Below, piece by piece: positions 50,011-63,116 of a stretch of DNA of 64,000 nt. Made by a program: the position numbers and the translations under genes. The notes below the pieces were generated by a model. The model saw only the letters and a program-made list of their open reading frames with translations. It made no database searches and was not told the origin of the DNA. The stretch covers positions 85,553,094-85,617,093 of the forward strand of contig NC_068990.1 in NCBI RefSeq assembly GCF_001194135.2. The letters are read 5' to 3'. Source of the DNA: Octopus bimaculoides (Eukaryota). How positions within the stretch are numbered: the first letter of the stretch is position 1; each line of letters starts with the position of its first letter.

Positions 50011-51361
50011 GAACACACATTAAAGCAGTAATTTTAAAGTTTACTAGTGACTTTTACCTTGATTCTTTTAATCGTAAATAGTTTTAATCAAGATTGATCA
50101 GAGCTTAACTATTTGAAAATGACAAACAAAACAAACCAAACTCGTGTATGTGTGTATGCACATTTGTGTGTGTGTGTGTATGCATTTGTGTGTATATGTG
50201 TGTGACATTCATATTCTTTTTCCATGCACCATTGAGTCGAATGAATTTTGATATTGGTGGAATGAAGCATTCAACCATGAAGTATGTGTGGAACTTCTTA
50301 GTCGGTCAGTCAATCTGGTAGAGAGAAAGACAGGTAACACAAAGGTTACAACAAGGTTTGAACTGATGAACAGACATATATATGGAGAGTAATCCACCAA
50401 CCTCTTAATAACCACTGAGTAATTATATCTTATATGTGTTTAGTTGAATGATATATATTGCTGTTGCTAATTATTTTTCAGTGGACACTTATTCTACTGA
50501 CCCTTTTTGGGGAGGTGAATGGTCCTATTATTTATATCCATTGATGTGTTGACAATTTGAGAGCTGAAAGTGACTGACCAATTCACACTCATGCATAGCT
50601 CTAAAGTTTCATAAGCCATATGCCTTCACTTCCTGTATATGTGTGTGTGTGTACATACACACACACACACACATACATACATACATACATACATACACAC
50701 ACACATACCATACATACATACATACATGCATGCATGCATGCACAGGCACACACATAAGACAGATATTTCACAGGATACATACTAATTAGAAACCTCCAAA
50801 ACTGCTCAATAATTTTCATATAATTTATGAATTACAGTGAAGGAAGAGACAGAATTAATCACTGACAAACAGTATAAAGGAAATGTGTGCACTTTTAAAG
50901 CAAGCACAGACAACCTTTATCGAGAAGTGTGCCACATGAAACAGATCATCAGGCAGGTAGAACGCACTACTAAGAAAAAGTGATGGTAATTTTTCATTAC
51001 GATTGACATTCAGAAACTCAGGTTGGAGTCTTTGATAATTGAGTATAGCTATCTTGGTGAAACTGAAGTCCTGAAAGCATAATGTGAATATTCACAACTG
51101 GACCCCATCACTCAATTTCTTCATCAAGCCTTCTTTGCCACCCTCTCATATCCCTATCAGTGACCTTTCCATTACTTAACTGATTGAAGTATTTATTTTG
51201 CTACTGTAATTAAATGAGCGCAAAACTACATATTTTACCAGCATCTGTTCCTCTGATATCAATATCTTTCCCACTACTCTAATCTCTTCACTTGACATCC
51301 ATCTTTCATTCTTAATACTGTCCCTCTCCACTCATGTTTTACATTGATCACCTCATCCTTC

Positions 51362-51402
<41 letters not shown>

Positions 51403-51606
51403 AATAATAAATGAGTATATGCATATATACGTACAGGTATGTGCATATATATATNNNNNNNNNNNNNNNNNNNNNNNNNNNNNNNNNNNNNNNNNNNNNN
51501 NNNNNNNNNNNNNNNNNNNNNNNNNNNNNNNNNNNNNNNNNNNNNNNNNNNNNNNNNNNNNNNNNNNNNNNNNNNNNNNNNNNNNTATATATATACAGAC
51601 AGACAT

Positions 51607-51677
<71 letters not shown>

Positions 51678-51936
51678 CACACACACAACCACATATACAT
51701 ACAAAGATGGGAAAAGCACTCAATAGATAAAGAGTGAATGATAATATGATGATAATATATCCTTTCTTCCTTGAACCCTCAATTTCTGAAAGAAATAAAA
51801 GGATGCTGTCAAAATATAGAGAACATCTTGGGTATTTTAAACCTGACAAAACCTGCTTCTCTCCAAATCTGAATACAGAGAATAGGAGTGATTTGAAACC
51901 AAAACTGACAGACAGAATGAATACAGCATCTTTTAT

Positions 51937-52300
51937 CTTTTATTTGTTTCAGTCATTGAACTGCGACCAAGCTGGAGCACTTCCTCGAAGGGTTCAGTTG
52001 AACTCACTGATACTAGAACTTACTTTTAAGTTTGGTACGTATTTTATCAGTCCCTTTTGCCATACCACTAAGTAGTGAACCGAAGCAATCCAAAACTGCT
52101 TGCCAAGGAGTGATAGAAGGACAAACACAAACACAAACAGACATGTGCACATGTGATAGGCTTCCACACAATTTCTATCTACCAAATTCATTTGCATGGC
52201 ATTGGTCGGCACAGAGCTATAATAGTAGAAAATGCATGCCCAAGGTGCCACGCAATGGAACAGAACCCCAAACCATAAGGCTGCAAAGCAACATAGTAAA
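51937..52300 (-). mobile_element. SINE family A, older copy
   Basis: Diverged tail and head. Confidence 0.72.
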
Positions 52301-52634
52301 CACCTTCATCCCAGCAACCTAACCAATGCTCTGTAAACACCTTCATCCCAGCAACCTAACCAATGCTCTAACAACTGAGCCAACTCACCTCTTAACAACA
52401 AATATACTGTTGTGCATTGCACTATAACAATCAGTGGTTTTTTGTAAATCAAAGCCGATCAATAGTTTAAGCAAAGTGAAAAACAACATCAATAACAACA
52501 ATATCAATAACAACAACAACACCACCACAAGTAGCAATAAAAAGAGTTGATATTATGTGACTTAACAGCATTACATCCATGCATCCATATATACATACAT
52601 ACATATATATATATACATACATACATATATATAT

Positions 52635-52665
<31 letters not shown>

Positions 52666-52793
52666 ATGTTGTGAGTCTGTGCTCTGCATTTATATGAGAA
52701 AACATGTTCCATANNNNNNNNNNTCTGTGCTCTGCATTTATATGAGAAAACATGTTCCATAAACTCTGACTCTGTATTTATATACACACACAC

Positions 52794-52830
<37 letters not shown>

Positions 52831-53395
52831 ATGCACACACAAATCCATATATAATATACACACACATAATATATATATAGACACACACATATAAATACAT
52901 ATATAATATGCACACACCTAACATGTATACATATATATATATATATATATATANNNNNNNNNNNNNNNNNNNNNNNNNNNNNNNNNNNNNNNNNNNNNNN
53001 NNNNNNNNNNNNNNNNNNNNNNNNNNNNNNNNNNNNNNNNNNNNNNNNNNNNNNNNNNNNNNNNNNNNNNNNNNNNNNNNNNNNNNNNNNNNNNNNNNNN
53101 NNNNNNNNNNNNNNNNNNNNNNNNNNNNNNNNNNNNNNNNNNNNNNNNNNNNNNNNNNNNNNNNNNNNNNNNNNNNNNNNNNNNNNNNNNNNNNNNNNNN
53201 NNNNNNNNNNNNNNNNNNNNNNNNNNNNNNNNNNNNNNNNNNNNNNNNNNNNNNNNNNNNNNNNNNNNNNNNNNNNNNNNNNNNNNNNNNNNNNNNNNNN
53301 NNNNNNNNNNNNNNNNNNNNNNNNNNNNNNNNNNNNNNNNNNNNNNNNNNNNNNNNNNNNNNNNNNNNNNNNNNNNNNNNNNNNNNNNNNNNNNN

Positions 53396-53444
<49 letters not shown>

Positions 53445-53580
53445 CACACACATAAACGGATATGTTGAGATACATATGTATCAAAGGTCTCACCATTGAA
53501 ACTGAATACTAAGAGAAAACAAGAGAAAAGAAGAAAGAGGAAAAGCAAGAACAAGAAGTTATGGAAATAGCCATGTTGAG

Positions 53581-53631
53581 TGTCATGGTAACTGATACCA
53601 GCTCAATAGGCTGACAGGTTACCATAGGAAC
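53581..53631. promoter_or_regulatory. RFX X-box-like pair in a GC-richer unique island
   Basis: GTTACCATAGGAAC at 53618-53631 and TGTCATGGTAAC at 53581-53592. Confidence 0.35.
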
Positions 53632-53854
53632 AGAATAACACAGCTCAGTGGACGCCACTGCCACCAGCACCCACAACAAGCCGAGAGGCAAGCATGCATA
53701 CATGCACGCCTGCAACATGTTGGAACTTGTTGAAGTGAACAAGTCGGGTTAACATTATGATGTATTATTACTGGGAGGGGGGGGTCTGGGGGTGACCAAG
53801 GAAACGAGGGAGAGCAAAAAGGGAACGGGGGAGAATTAGCAGGGAGGAATGGTT

Positions 53855-54257
53855 TTCTTTTATTCTTTTAATTGTTTCAGTCACTTGACTGTGGCCATGC
53901 TGGAGCACCGCCTTTAGTCAAACAAATCGACCCGAAGACTTATTCTTTGGAAGTCTAGTACTTGTTATATCGGTCTTCTTTTGCTGAACCACTAGGTTAC
54001 TGCGACGTAAACACACCAGCATCGGTTGTCAAGCGATGTTGTGGGGACAAACACACACACAAACATACACACACACACACACATATATATACGAAGGGCT
54101 TCTTTCAGTTTCTGTCTACCAAATCCACTCATAAGGCTTTGGTTGGCCCGAGGCTATAGTAGAAGACACTTGCCCAAGTTGTCACGCATTAAGACTGAAC
54201 CCGGAACTATGTGGCTGGTAAGCAAGCTACTTACCACACAGCCATTCCTGCACCTAT
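53855..54257 (-). mobile_element. SINE family A, full length
   Basis: Complete tail-body-head match. Confidence 0.9.
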
Positions 54258-54495
54258 AAATAGTGCAACATCTTAGCCAATATGGTGAGATGAACTTTCC
54301 ATGACACATACACGTGTGTGCTTGCACATTAGTCATTCATTCATTCACTGTGGTGGCCATTAGAGCAGAATCAGTAGAGCTACTTATGTATGTATGAACA
54401 TCCTAAGCATCAAACTAATACACTTGCATGCTGTTCATACACCTGTCTTCGTCTTTTGTTTTTCTATAAATTTCAACTATATACATATTTATATA

Positions 54496-54650
54496 CAGGC
54501 GTGGTAAGAAGCTTGCTTCCCAACTACATGGTTCCGGGTTCAGTCCCACTGTGTGGTATCTTGGGCAAGTATCTTGTACAATTGCCTCGGGCAGACCAAA
54601 ACCTTGTGAGGGGATCTGGTAGACGGAAACTGAAAGAAGCCCTTCGTGTA
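54496..54650 (+). mobile_element. SINE family A head
   Basis: GTGGTAAGAAGCTTGCTTCCC...GGGTTCAGTCCCACT. Confidence 0.82.
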
Positions 54651-54686
54651 TATATATATACATGACTGTGATCACTGACCAGAAGA

Positions 54687-55065
54687 TGCTACTTTGGCAT
54701 GTGATCTACATATTATGAAACTGCTTTGGTATGTGATTTACACTTTATATTGTGATCTACACTTTATATGGTGATCTACAAGAAAAGTTATGCTTTTTTT
54801 TCTTGCCTTTCTAGCTGATGTTCTTTCGGTTCACCAATAAAATTAGTAAACTTGTTTCAAATTTGCTTCATTCCAATTTCTTTTTAATAATGAATTCTCT
54901 ATTTTTTTTTTTTTTTTACTTTTCTAGCTGATGTTTGTTTGCTTCGCCCATAAAATTAGTAAACCTGTTACAAATTTGCTTCATCTTGTTTTAAATAAAT
55001 GTAAGAATGTTTCATTTAAGCCGTAATAAATAAATGAAACATGTAGATCACATACCAAAGTAGCA
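54687..55065. mobile_element. MITE with 25-bp TIRs
   Basis: TGCTACTTTGGCATGTGATCTACAT (54687-54711) vs ATGTAGATCACATACCAAAGTAGCA (55041-55065), one mismatch. Subterminal GTGATCTACA repeats and an internal ~70-bp direct repeat. Confidence 0.75.
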
Positions 55066-56279
55066 CTGACATGGATTGCAGGAGAGTGGACAAATTGGTT
55101 TGTGCAAATTAATTTTTTTTTTTTAATTCAAGCAATATTCCTTAAACTGCACTATTTTTGTCAATATATGTAAATATGTTTGTTGTGCATGTTTATGTAA
55201 GTTTGAACATATGTGTGTACGTCTATGGGTAGATATGTGCCCCTGTATATTTGTGTCACGTAAAAAAAACTCAGCCTACTTCTGCGGGATGGTTGGTGTT
55301 AAGAAGGGCATCCATCCGTTAAAACAAAAACCCTGTCAAAACAGACAATTGGAGTCTGGTGCGGCACTCTGGCTTGCCAGCTCCTGTCAAACCATCCAAG
55401 CCATGCCAGCATAAAAGCAGACGTTAAATAATGATGATGACGATTTATATGCATATATATACATAAATATCAATGAAACTCTTACTCCTTCCAAATCCTT
55501 CTTTGTAATAAACACACGTGTTCTAACATTTGATGTTTCCTCCTCTAAAGTACTTCCTTCATTCCAATGCTCTTCTCACATATTTTCTCAAGAGAATAAA
55601 ACGCGACTAGTCTTTTGTGAGCCATCTTCTTAAACAAATACGTCTGTCCGTATATTTATATGCGTGCGTGTATGTCTGTGAAATAGATACTACATAAACC
55701 AAAGCTGTCATTGGTGGTGTGTCATCGTTACCGATGACAATACAAAACGAATCCTAACTTAATGAGTGAACGAGGTGAATGGAGGGAACAAATGGTTTAG
55801 CGAAATCACGTGGAGGGAAGGCGGAGAAGATGTGAGCTAAACAATTGAGAAAGTTCTGTCATCAACCTCGAGGTCAACTGAATGTTTTCTTTTCTTTTTT
55901 TTAATCACAAATGTAAAAAAAAAAAATTAAACTAACAATTCAGCTGTTTTCGTTGTCTTTCTGTTTTTACCTCGCGTCTTCTTCATAGTCACCTTTTCAC
56001 CTGTCTTTTATTCTGCCTCCCTACCTTCTGCTCTACTGACTGACTAATTTAAGTTGTCGATGATTTTATTGTATTGAGCTAAACTACCTACCTATCTTAT
56101 CTACTTTATGATCGTGCAAACAAAGGGTCTTTGAACTAAAAGAGAAAGTGAAGGAAAGGTGGATTCTGTATCGTCAAACTTGAGAAACTTTCATTAACTT
56201 ATTGACACACTGCCACTAGTTCCCTCAAATATCCAGTCTTTTTATGTTAGAAACAAAAATCCCTTTATTTATAACTGTA

Positions 56280-56600
56280 TATTTTATTACCATAGTCCCT
56301 TCAAAACCCGGTAAATATTGTATTACTCTAACCCTTTCAACTAAAACTTTTAACACTGAAGTCCCTAAAAATATTGGTGTAGTATTTTATTACTAAAAAT
56401 CTCTTCAAATGCTTATATATATATATTATTACCAAAGTTCTTTCATATACTTTTATCACAAGAGGCCCTTCAAAAATTCCTTCGAATATTCCTTCAAATA
56501 TTAGTATATGTTTTATTACTGAAAATCCCTTCAAAAGCAAGTATCGTGTTTTATTACAAAAAGATCCAAAGTGTTTTCCAAATATTAGTATGCTATTTCA
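56280..56600. repeat. AT-rich degenerate minisatellite (TTTTATTACT...CCCTTCAAA)
   Basis: The motif pair recurs at least five times. Confidence 0.65.
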
Positions 56601-56601
56601 T

Positions 56602-56788
56602 TACTCTTTTACTTGTTTCAGTCATTTGACTGCAGCCATGCTGGAGCACCGCCTTTAGTCGAGCAAATCGACCCCAGGAATTATTCTTTGTAAGCCTAGT
56701 ACTTATTCTATCAATCTCTTTGCTGAACCGCTAAGTTACGGGTACGTAAACACACCAGCATCGGTTGTCGAGCGATGTTGGGGGACAG

Positions 56789-56820
<32 letters not shown>

Positions 56821-56868
56821 GAGTAACGGTTTTTTTGTTATATTTCTGCTGCTTTTAAATAAATAAAG

Positions 56869-56902
<34 letters not shown>

Positions 56903-57030
56903 CACGACGGGCTTCTTTCAGTTTCCATCTACCAAATCCAATCACAAGGCTTTGGTTGGGCAGAGGCTATAGTAGAAGACCATGTGGTTGGTAAGCAAGC
57001 TACTTACCACACAGCCACTCCTGCGCCTAT
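56602..57030 (-). mobile_element. SINE family A, near full length
   Basis: Complete tail, with a small deletion in the head region. Confidence 0.88.
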
Positions 57031-57680
57031 TTACTTCATTTTATTACTTGACAAATATTAGAATAGTATTTTATTATTAAACAATTATACATGGTATAAG
57101 GTACTTAAAAAAAAAACTCGGGAGCGACGGCTGTATAGTATATACTAAAATCCTTTCAAACTGTATTATTTTGTTGTAACTGACTGATTTCACAATGGAG
57201 TGTTTATTTTATTAATCTGTGAAGTGTGTCCCCCAATGTAGCCAGTACTGAACCTTATACAAACCACTTCAAATCCCGTCATATAATACTTATCTTGTCA
57301 CCAATACACAATTAAAAGGTGGATAGAATAAAGAAGATATTTGTAATGGATGCTCGTTGGTTGACTCTTCTGTTACTACTAGTTATCACACCTCTAAATC
57401 AGGTAGATAACACCTACGTTGGGATTCAACAGAACTAGGAACACAGGTGTGTCAGCCGTAGCCATTTGACATGTGCCCTTTCGTTGCTGTTATAGTTTAG
57501 CCCCAGGCCACCACCGAACAGATCTCGAGTGATAAGTTATTCTCTCCGTGACTATCACGTCCAAAAGCATTCTAGTTATAACCACCCTGTTTTTTAAGGG
57601 TTACGTGGGGATAACTTTCTTTTTCCTTAGGAAATAATGAGAATTTTTATTTGTTTATAGGGAGAGTCATTATGCCAATG

Positions 57681-57862
57681 CCTAGCGGTATTTCGTCTGC
57701 CGTTACGTTCTGAGTTCAAATTCCGCCGAGGTCGACTTTGCCTTTCATCTTTTCGGGGTCGATTAAATAAGTACCAGTTAATCACTGGGTCGATGTAATC
57801 GACTCAATCCCCTTGTTTGTCCCCTCTATGTTTAGCCCCCTGTGGGCAATAAAGAAATAAAT
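57681..57862 (+). mobile_element. SINE family B
   Basis: Near-consensus core and tail. Confidence 0.85.
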
Positions 57863-58269
57863 TATTAATACACGCACTGGTTCAATTCCAGTCCTTTATA
57901 ATTAGTCAAGTAGTGGGCCTAATTTTCAACAGACGAATTCACATAAAAAAGTTTGCAAACCAGATAGACAAACGAAATAATGAGAAATATATTTGGCTTC
58001 TATTTCTAGCAGTTCGAAGGGCCACATAAAGCCTTCCATTGCAACTGCTTTTGTTCTATTCACACACCTGCGTTCGTTATTACTAAGTTTGGATCTTTTT
58101 AAATGCTTTCAAACCACCAGAATTTTCTCAAATAACTCCGTCTTCGTGCTTTTAACTGGTGCAATAAATGTTGTCACTTGTGGAGTTCCAGCTTTTGGGG
58201 CCCCAAGTAATCGCTTTGTTTGTCTGGTGCGTAATACGGGTCTTGCTCGCACATATGTGGGTGGGTGGC

Positions 58270-58314
<45 letters not shown>

Positions 58315-58588
58315 NNNNNNNNNNNNNNNNNNNNNNNNNNNNNNNNNNNNNNNNNNNNNNNNNNNNNNNNNNNNNNNNNNNNNNNNNNNNNNNNNNNNNN
58401 NNNNNNNNNNNNNNNNNNNNNNNNNNNNNNNNNNNNNNNNNNNNNNNNNNNNNNNNNNNNNNNNNNNNNNNNNNNNNNNNNNNNNNNNNNNNNNNNNNNN
58501 NNNNNNNNNNNNNNNNNNNNNNNNNNNNNNNNNNNNNNNNNNNNNNNNNNNNNNNNNNNNNNNNNNNNNNNNNNNNNNNNNNNNNNNN

Positions 58589-58630
<42 letters not shown>

Positions 58631-59174
58631 GCACACACACACACGACATTGCATACACATACAAAGAGAGAGAGAGGGGGGGAGACCATTTGAATAGATT
58701 AAACAAACGCGAGTATGCGTGGGTACATGTAGGGAAATCCTCAAATATCTCTAATTTTTTCAGCTCAGCCATGCGAAAAATTTGTCAGGATCAAAATGTG
58801 AAACTCACGAACTGTGAATAAACATGTCATGCCATTTGACCATGGTAGCTCACAAATTCTAACCACCCACAAGGACCGGTACGTTTGGACAAGTGCGTGC
58901 GAGTGTACTTGTCCAAATTTACCCAAGGTCCCGAGTCAACAAGGGACAGTGCATTTGATCATAAGACTAGCTAGAAATTTTCCTCCGATGACATATTACC
59001 GATTCGAAAAAGGAGTGGATACGTTCGATAAAAGAGTCCTAGACGTACAATGCTCGAGAAAAAGATGGGATGGTCACACAGATGGAATGCTTTTCATCAC
59101 AAGCTTTCTCAGTCATGATTCACCTAGGAGTAAACCAGTCATATGTCGGGGAAGGAAAAAGTTTTGAACGTGAC

Positions 59175-59773
59175 AGTGTTGCAAGAAGCTTGCTTCCCAG
59201 TCACATGGTTCTGGGTTCAGTCCTAATGCGTGGCACCTTGGGCAAGTGTCTTCTACTATAGCTTCAGCAGACCAAAGCCTTGTGAGTGGATTTGGTAGAC
59301 AGAAACTGAAAGAAGTCTGTCGTATGTGTGTGTGTGGTGTGTCTCGGTGCTTGTGTTTGTCTCACACCATCGCTTGACAACCGGTATTCGTGCGTTTACG
59401 TCCCCGTAATATAACGGATCGGTAAAAGAAAACAGAATAAGTACTAAGCTTTAAAAAAAAAATAAGGTAAATTTTCAGATTAACAGCCGCACGATTTTCA
59501 CTTGGGTGTTAGGGATAGGGTTACGGTTACGGTTAGGATTAGGGTTAGGGTTAGGGTTTTAGGGTTAGGGAATTCCGTCCCTAACCCTAACCCCTAACTC
59601 TGACCCTAAAACCCTAACCCTAACACCCTAGTGAAGATCGTGCGGGTGCTAATCTGAAAATTTACCAAAAATAAATTAAAACTGGGAGTTGATACATTCG
59701 ACTTGAAGAATTCTTCAAGTCGGTGCCCCAGCATGGTCGCAGTCAACCGATTGGAACAAGTAAGAGGTAAAAA
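59175..59773 (+). mobile_element. SINE family A interrupted by the telomeric MITE
   Basis: Family sequence resumes after 59674 (GGTGCCCCAGCATGGTCGCAGTC...AACAAGTAAGAG). Confidence 0.85.
59466..59666. mobile_element. Same telomeric-repeat MITE, copy 2, nested in a SINE
   Basis: TIR GGTAAATTTTCAGATTA / TAATCTGAAAATTTACC. TSD AAAAATAA at 59458-59465 and 59667-59674. Confidence 0.9.
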
Positions 59774-61088
59774 GGTTGTCTACAACTAGTACAGCTGTAG
59801 TGTTTCTTCGTCGCTAATCCGTTGCTATTGTTTTCCTTCTCTAAACTTCAGGCTTTGTGCCTATAATAGAATTGCTTTGATAACTTGGTGGCTTTCTCTC
59901 AATCTATGACTCAGTAAAACATTGGATTAAACACGTTACCAAAGAGGAAGTTACTCATTCTGCGATTTAACATCCGAATGTTTCGTGTCCCGGATTTTAA
60001 ACATAAACTACTTTAGCAACTGCTTAGGATCTCTCATAATCTGCAGAGATCTCAGCATAATTAAAAAAGCGTATTGTATTTGATGGTATGTGATCGGTGT
60101 ATTAGCTGCATCCCAATTTCAGCAGCGCAAAATCAGAAAGAAAATTCCTTTTTAGAACATTGAAGTGTATAGGAAAGCCAAATTCGTATTCAGGACTCGG
60201 GGTGATTTTTGTGAAAACAAGAAAAGTACATCTTATAATTGCTATCAAATGCGGTATATGTTTTCAATTTTCGTAATGTGCCATTTTTTTTTTTTTAAGA
60301 AGCGGTCTCCAAGCTTAGAGCATTATCTACACTAAATCCAGCTGATTCTTTCTTACTCTATTTATTGGAAATGGTCTCAACACATTTTTATTCCGAACAT
60401 TGAGTGGAGGATGGGTGGATGAGAGAAAGTTCGAAGCGTGCTAACGAATTTCTTCCTAATAAATTAAAGAATATGATAAAAAGAACAGATGTTAAATGGG
60501 TTTAAATACATAGGCTGCATACTGGGGCTTCAACGCAACCCTTGTTTCTCCGAAGTTTCGTTTCAACACAGCCAGGCAACTAATACTAGAGTTGTCCCCT
60601 ATGCCCTCATGGTTATTAATTAGTTAATTAGTGCTTTCCACACTTTAAACTTGGCGATTGACGTCTTCGACCGACTGGACTTAGGAACTTCAAGACAAGC
60701 CGGTTCTTCAAATGTATTGTGAGAAACAGCATCACACAGCGGAGAATCGGCAGTAATTTTACCCAGAAAGATAAAATGCAAAAATACAAACACAATATGG
60801 GGTCTGCGCTTATGTATGCAGTGTTATCTCCAGCTCCACAATGCGCTTCTTCTCCAGTCTTTGCTGAATATAGTCAAAAGCTTTGTTAATAGCACAAACT
60901 GCTGATAATTCAAAATTTTCTACTACTGCTAAAGCATTGTTCAAACAGCTACAACAATTCTTCGATAACAGACACATGAATACTAAAGCTAAAATTTATA
61001 AACACTCTTTGCATATTTTTTATTATTTCCTTCTTCTAATATCGCCAGATTTTAGTGTTCTAAGGCCAATGTTTATCATAGAGTTAAG

Positions 61089-61496
61089 TGGAGGCTCAAT
61101 GGCCCAGTGGTTAGGGCAGAGGACTCGCGGTCATAGGATTGCAGTTTCGATTCCCAGACCGGGCGTTGTGAGTGTTTATTGAGCGAAAACACCTAAAGCT
61201 CCACAAGGCTCCGGCAGGGGGATGGTGCCGAACCCTGCTGTACTCTTTCACCACAACTTTCTCTCACTCTTTGTTTCTGTTGTGCCTGTAATTCAAAGGG
61301 CCAGNNNNNNNNNNCCCTGCTGTACTCTTTCACCACAACTTTCTCTCACTCTTTGTTTCTGTTGTGCCTGTAATTCAAAGGGCCAGCCTTGTCACGCTGT
61401 GTCACGCTGAATCTCCTCGAGAACTACGTTAAGGGTACACGTGTCTGTGGAGTGCTCAGCCACTTGCACGTTAATTTCACGAGCAGGCTGTTCCAG
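61089..61496 (+). mobile_element. SINE family C, 3'-truncated, abutting the mariner ATG
   Basis: Matches the reverse complement of 40848-41232. Contains an artefactual duplication around a 10-N gap. Confidence 0.88.
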
Positions 61497-62212
61497 ATGG
61501 CCGGTCGCTTAACTGTTCAGGAGCGAACTACGATAGCAGCACGCTATGAAGTGTGGAATTCCATTGTTTTGGTTCAGAGATGGTGGCATGCATGGAAAGG
61601 TAAGCATGCAACACTACGTCCGGAGACAATAAAAAGGTGACATGCAAAGCTCATGACCACAAGCTTTGTGAATGATGCAAGAAGTGGCCGTCCAACCACA
61701 TCCAGATTAGCGGAAAACGTGGCAACAGTGCAGGAGATGTTTAATCGCAGCCCGCAAAAATCAACATGTCAAGTAGCTCGTGAAAGTGGACTAACAAGAC
61801 ACACTATACGTACGGTGTTGCATAAAGAATTGAATTTTCGTCCGTGGAAACCCCATTACGTGCAGGAGCTAAAACCTGAACACTGTGACCGCAGAAGGCC
61901 AGATCTCTATGTGATTTTTACCTATTAGGATTACACAAAGAGGAGGTGTACAGGACAGAACCTCGTACACTGGAGGACCTGGAGACATGGATTCAAGCGG
62001 TTTTCAATGATATCCCAGACGACATCCTCTAGAAGGTTGTTCATTCCATACCTGGCCGTTTGAGGAAACTGGTTGACGCCACCGGTGCTTACGTTGAAAT
62101 ATGAAGATTTACTTTTATTTTCCCATGTATCATTTGTTTCAATAAATTTGTAAAAGGAATATAGATTTTATTACCAATTTTTAATGCTTACTTATTCTTC
62201 ACCCACCCTGTA
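61497..62212 (+). mobile_element. Tc1/mariner-type transposon, internally deleted, disrupted transposase
   Basis: MAGRLTVQERTTIAARYEVWNSIVLVQRWW*...RSGRPTTSR...SPQKST.QVARESG HTH region. C-terminus PDL..CDFYLLG...RLRKLVDATGAYVE. Ends CACCCTG+TA. Confidence 0.88.
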
Positions 62213-63084
62213 TATAATGATTTCCATTAATAATGTTAGAAATTTCACCAAAATAACAATACTGCTTTCTTTTGTCCATCTACAAAATACTTTATAATAC
62301 TAATGTTGACTGTTAGGTCTAGGTTAGTCTAGAACAGGTCTGGCAAACTGGAATTACATTGCGGGCCACTTTAATTACAGAAAGATTTTTGAGAGCCGCT
62401 TGTATACTGACATAAANNNNNNNNNNNNNNNNNNNNNNNNNNNNNNNNNNNNNNNNNNNNNNNNNNNNNNNNNNNNNNNNNNNNNNNNNNNNNNNNNNNN
62501 NNNNNNNNNNNNNNNNNNNNNNNNNNNNNNNNNNNNNNNNNNNNNNNNNNNNNNNNNNNNNNNNNNNNNNNNNNNNNNNNNNNNNNNNNNNNNNNNNNNN
62601 NNNNNNNNNNNNNNNNNNNNNNNNNNNNNNNNNNNNNNNNNNNNNNNNNNNNNNNNNNNNNNNNNNNNNNNNNNNNNNNNNNNNNNNNNNNNNNNNNNNN
62701 NNNNNNNNNNNNNNNNNNNNNNNNNNNNNNNNNNNNNNNNNNNNNNNNNNNNNNNNNNNNNNNNNNNNNNNNNNNNNNNNNNNNNNNNNNNNNNNNNNNN
62801 NNNNNNNNNNNNNNNNNNNNNNNNNNNNNNNNNNNNNNNNNNNNNNNNNNNNNNNNNNNNNNNNNNNNNNNNNNNNNNNNNNNNNNNNNNNNNNNNNNNN
62901 NNNNNNNNNNNNNNNNNNNNNNNNNNNNNNNNNNNNNNNNNNNNNNNNNNNNNNNNNNNNNNNNNNNNNNNNNNNNNNNNNNNNNNNNNNNNNNNNNNNN
63001 NNNNNNNNNNNNNNNNNNNNNNNNNNNNNNNNNNNNNNNNNNNNNNNNNNNNNNNNNNNNNNNNNNNNNNNNNNNNNNNNNNNN

Positions 63085-63111
<27 letters not shown>

Positions 63112-63116
<5 letters not shown>

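Noticed and set aside
50209-50317. Strong minus-strand acceptor followed by an open frame (LTDRLRSSTHTSW...)
   Set aside because: No good donor and no recognisable homology. It could be a UTR exon but cannot be supported.
52677-52760. Exact ~38-bp direct repeat around a 10-N gap
   Set aside because: Typical contig-overlap assembly artefact.
1310-59773. Orientation bias of SINE A relative to the host gene
   Set aside because: A rough count gives similar numbers on both strands (about 14 vs 10), so no signal.
61233-61386. Exact ~70-bp duplication inside SINE C around a 10-N gap
   Set aside because: Same assembly artefact, not a biological tandem.
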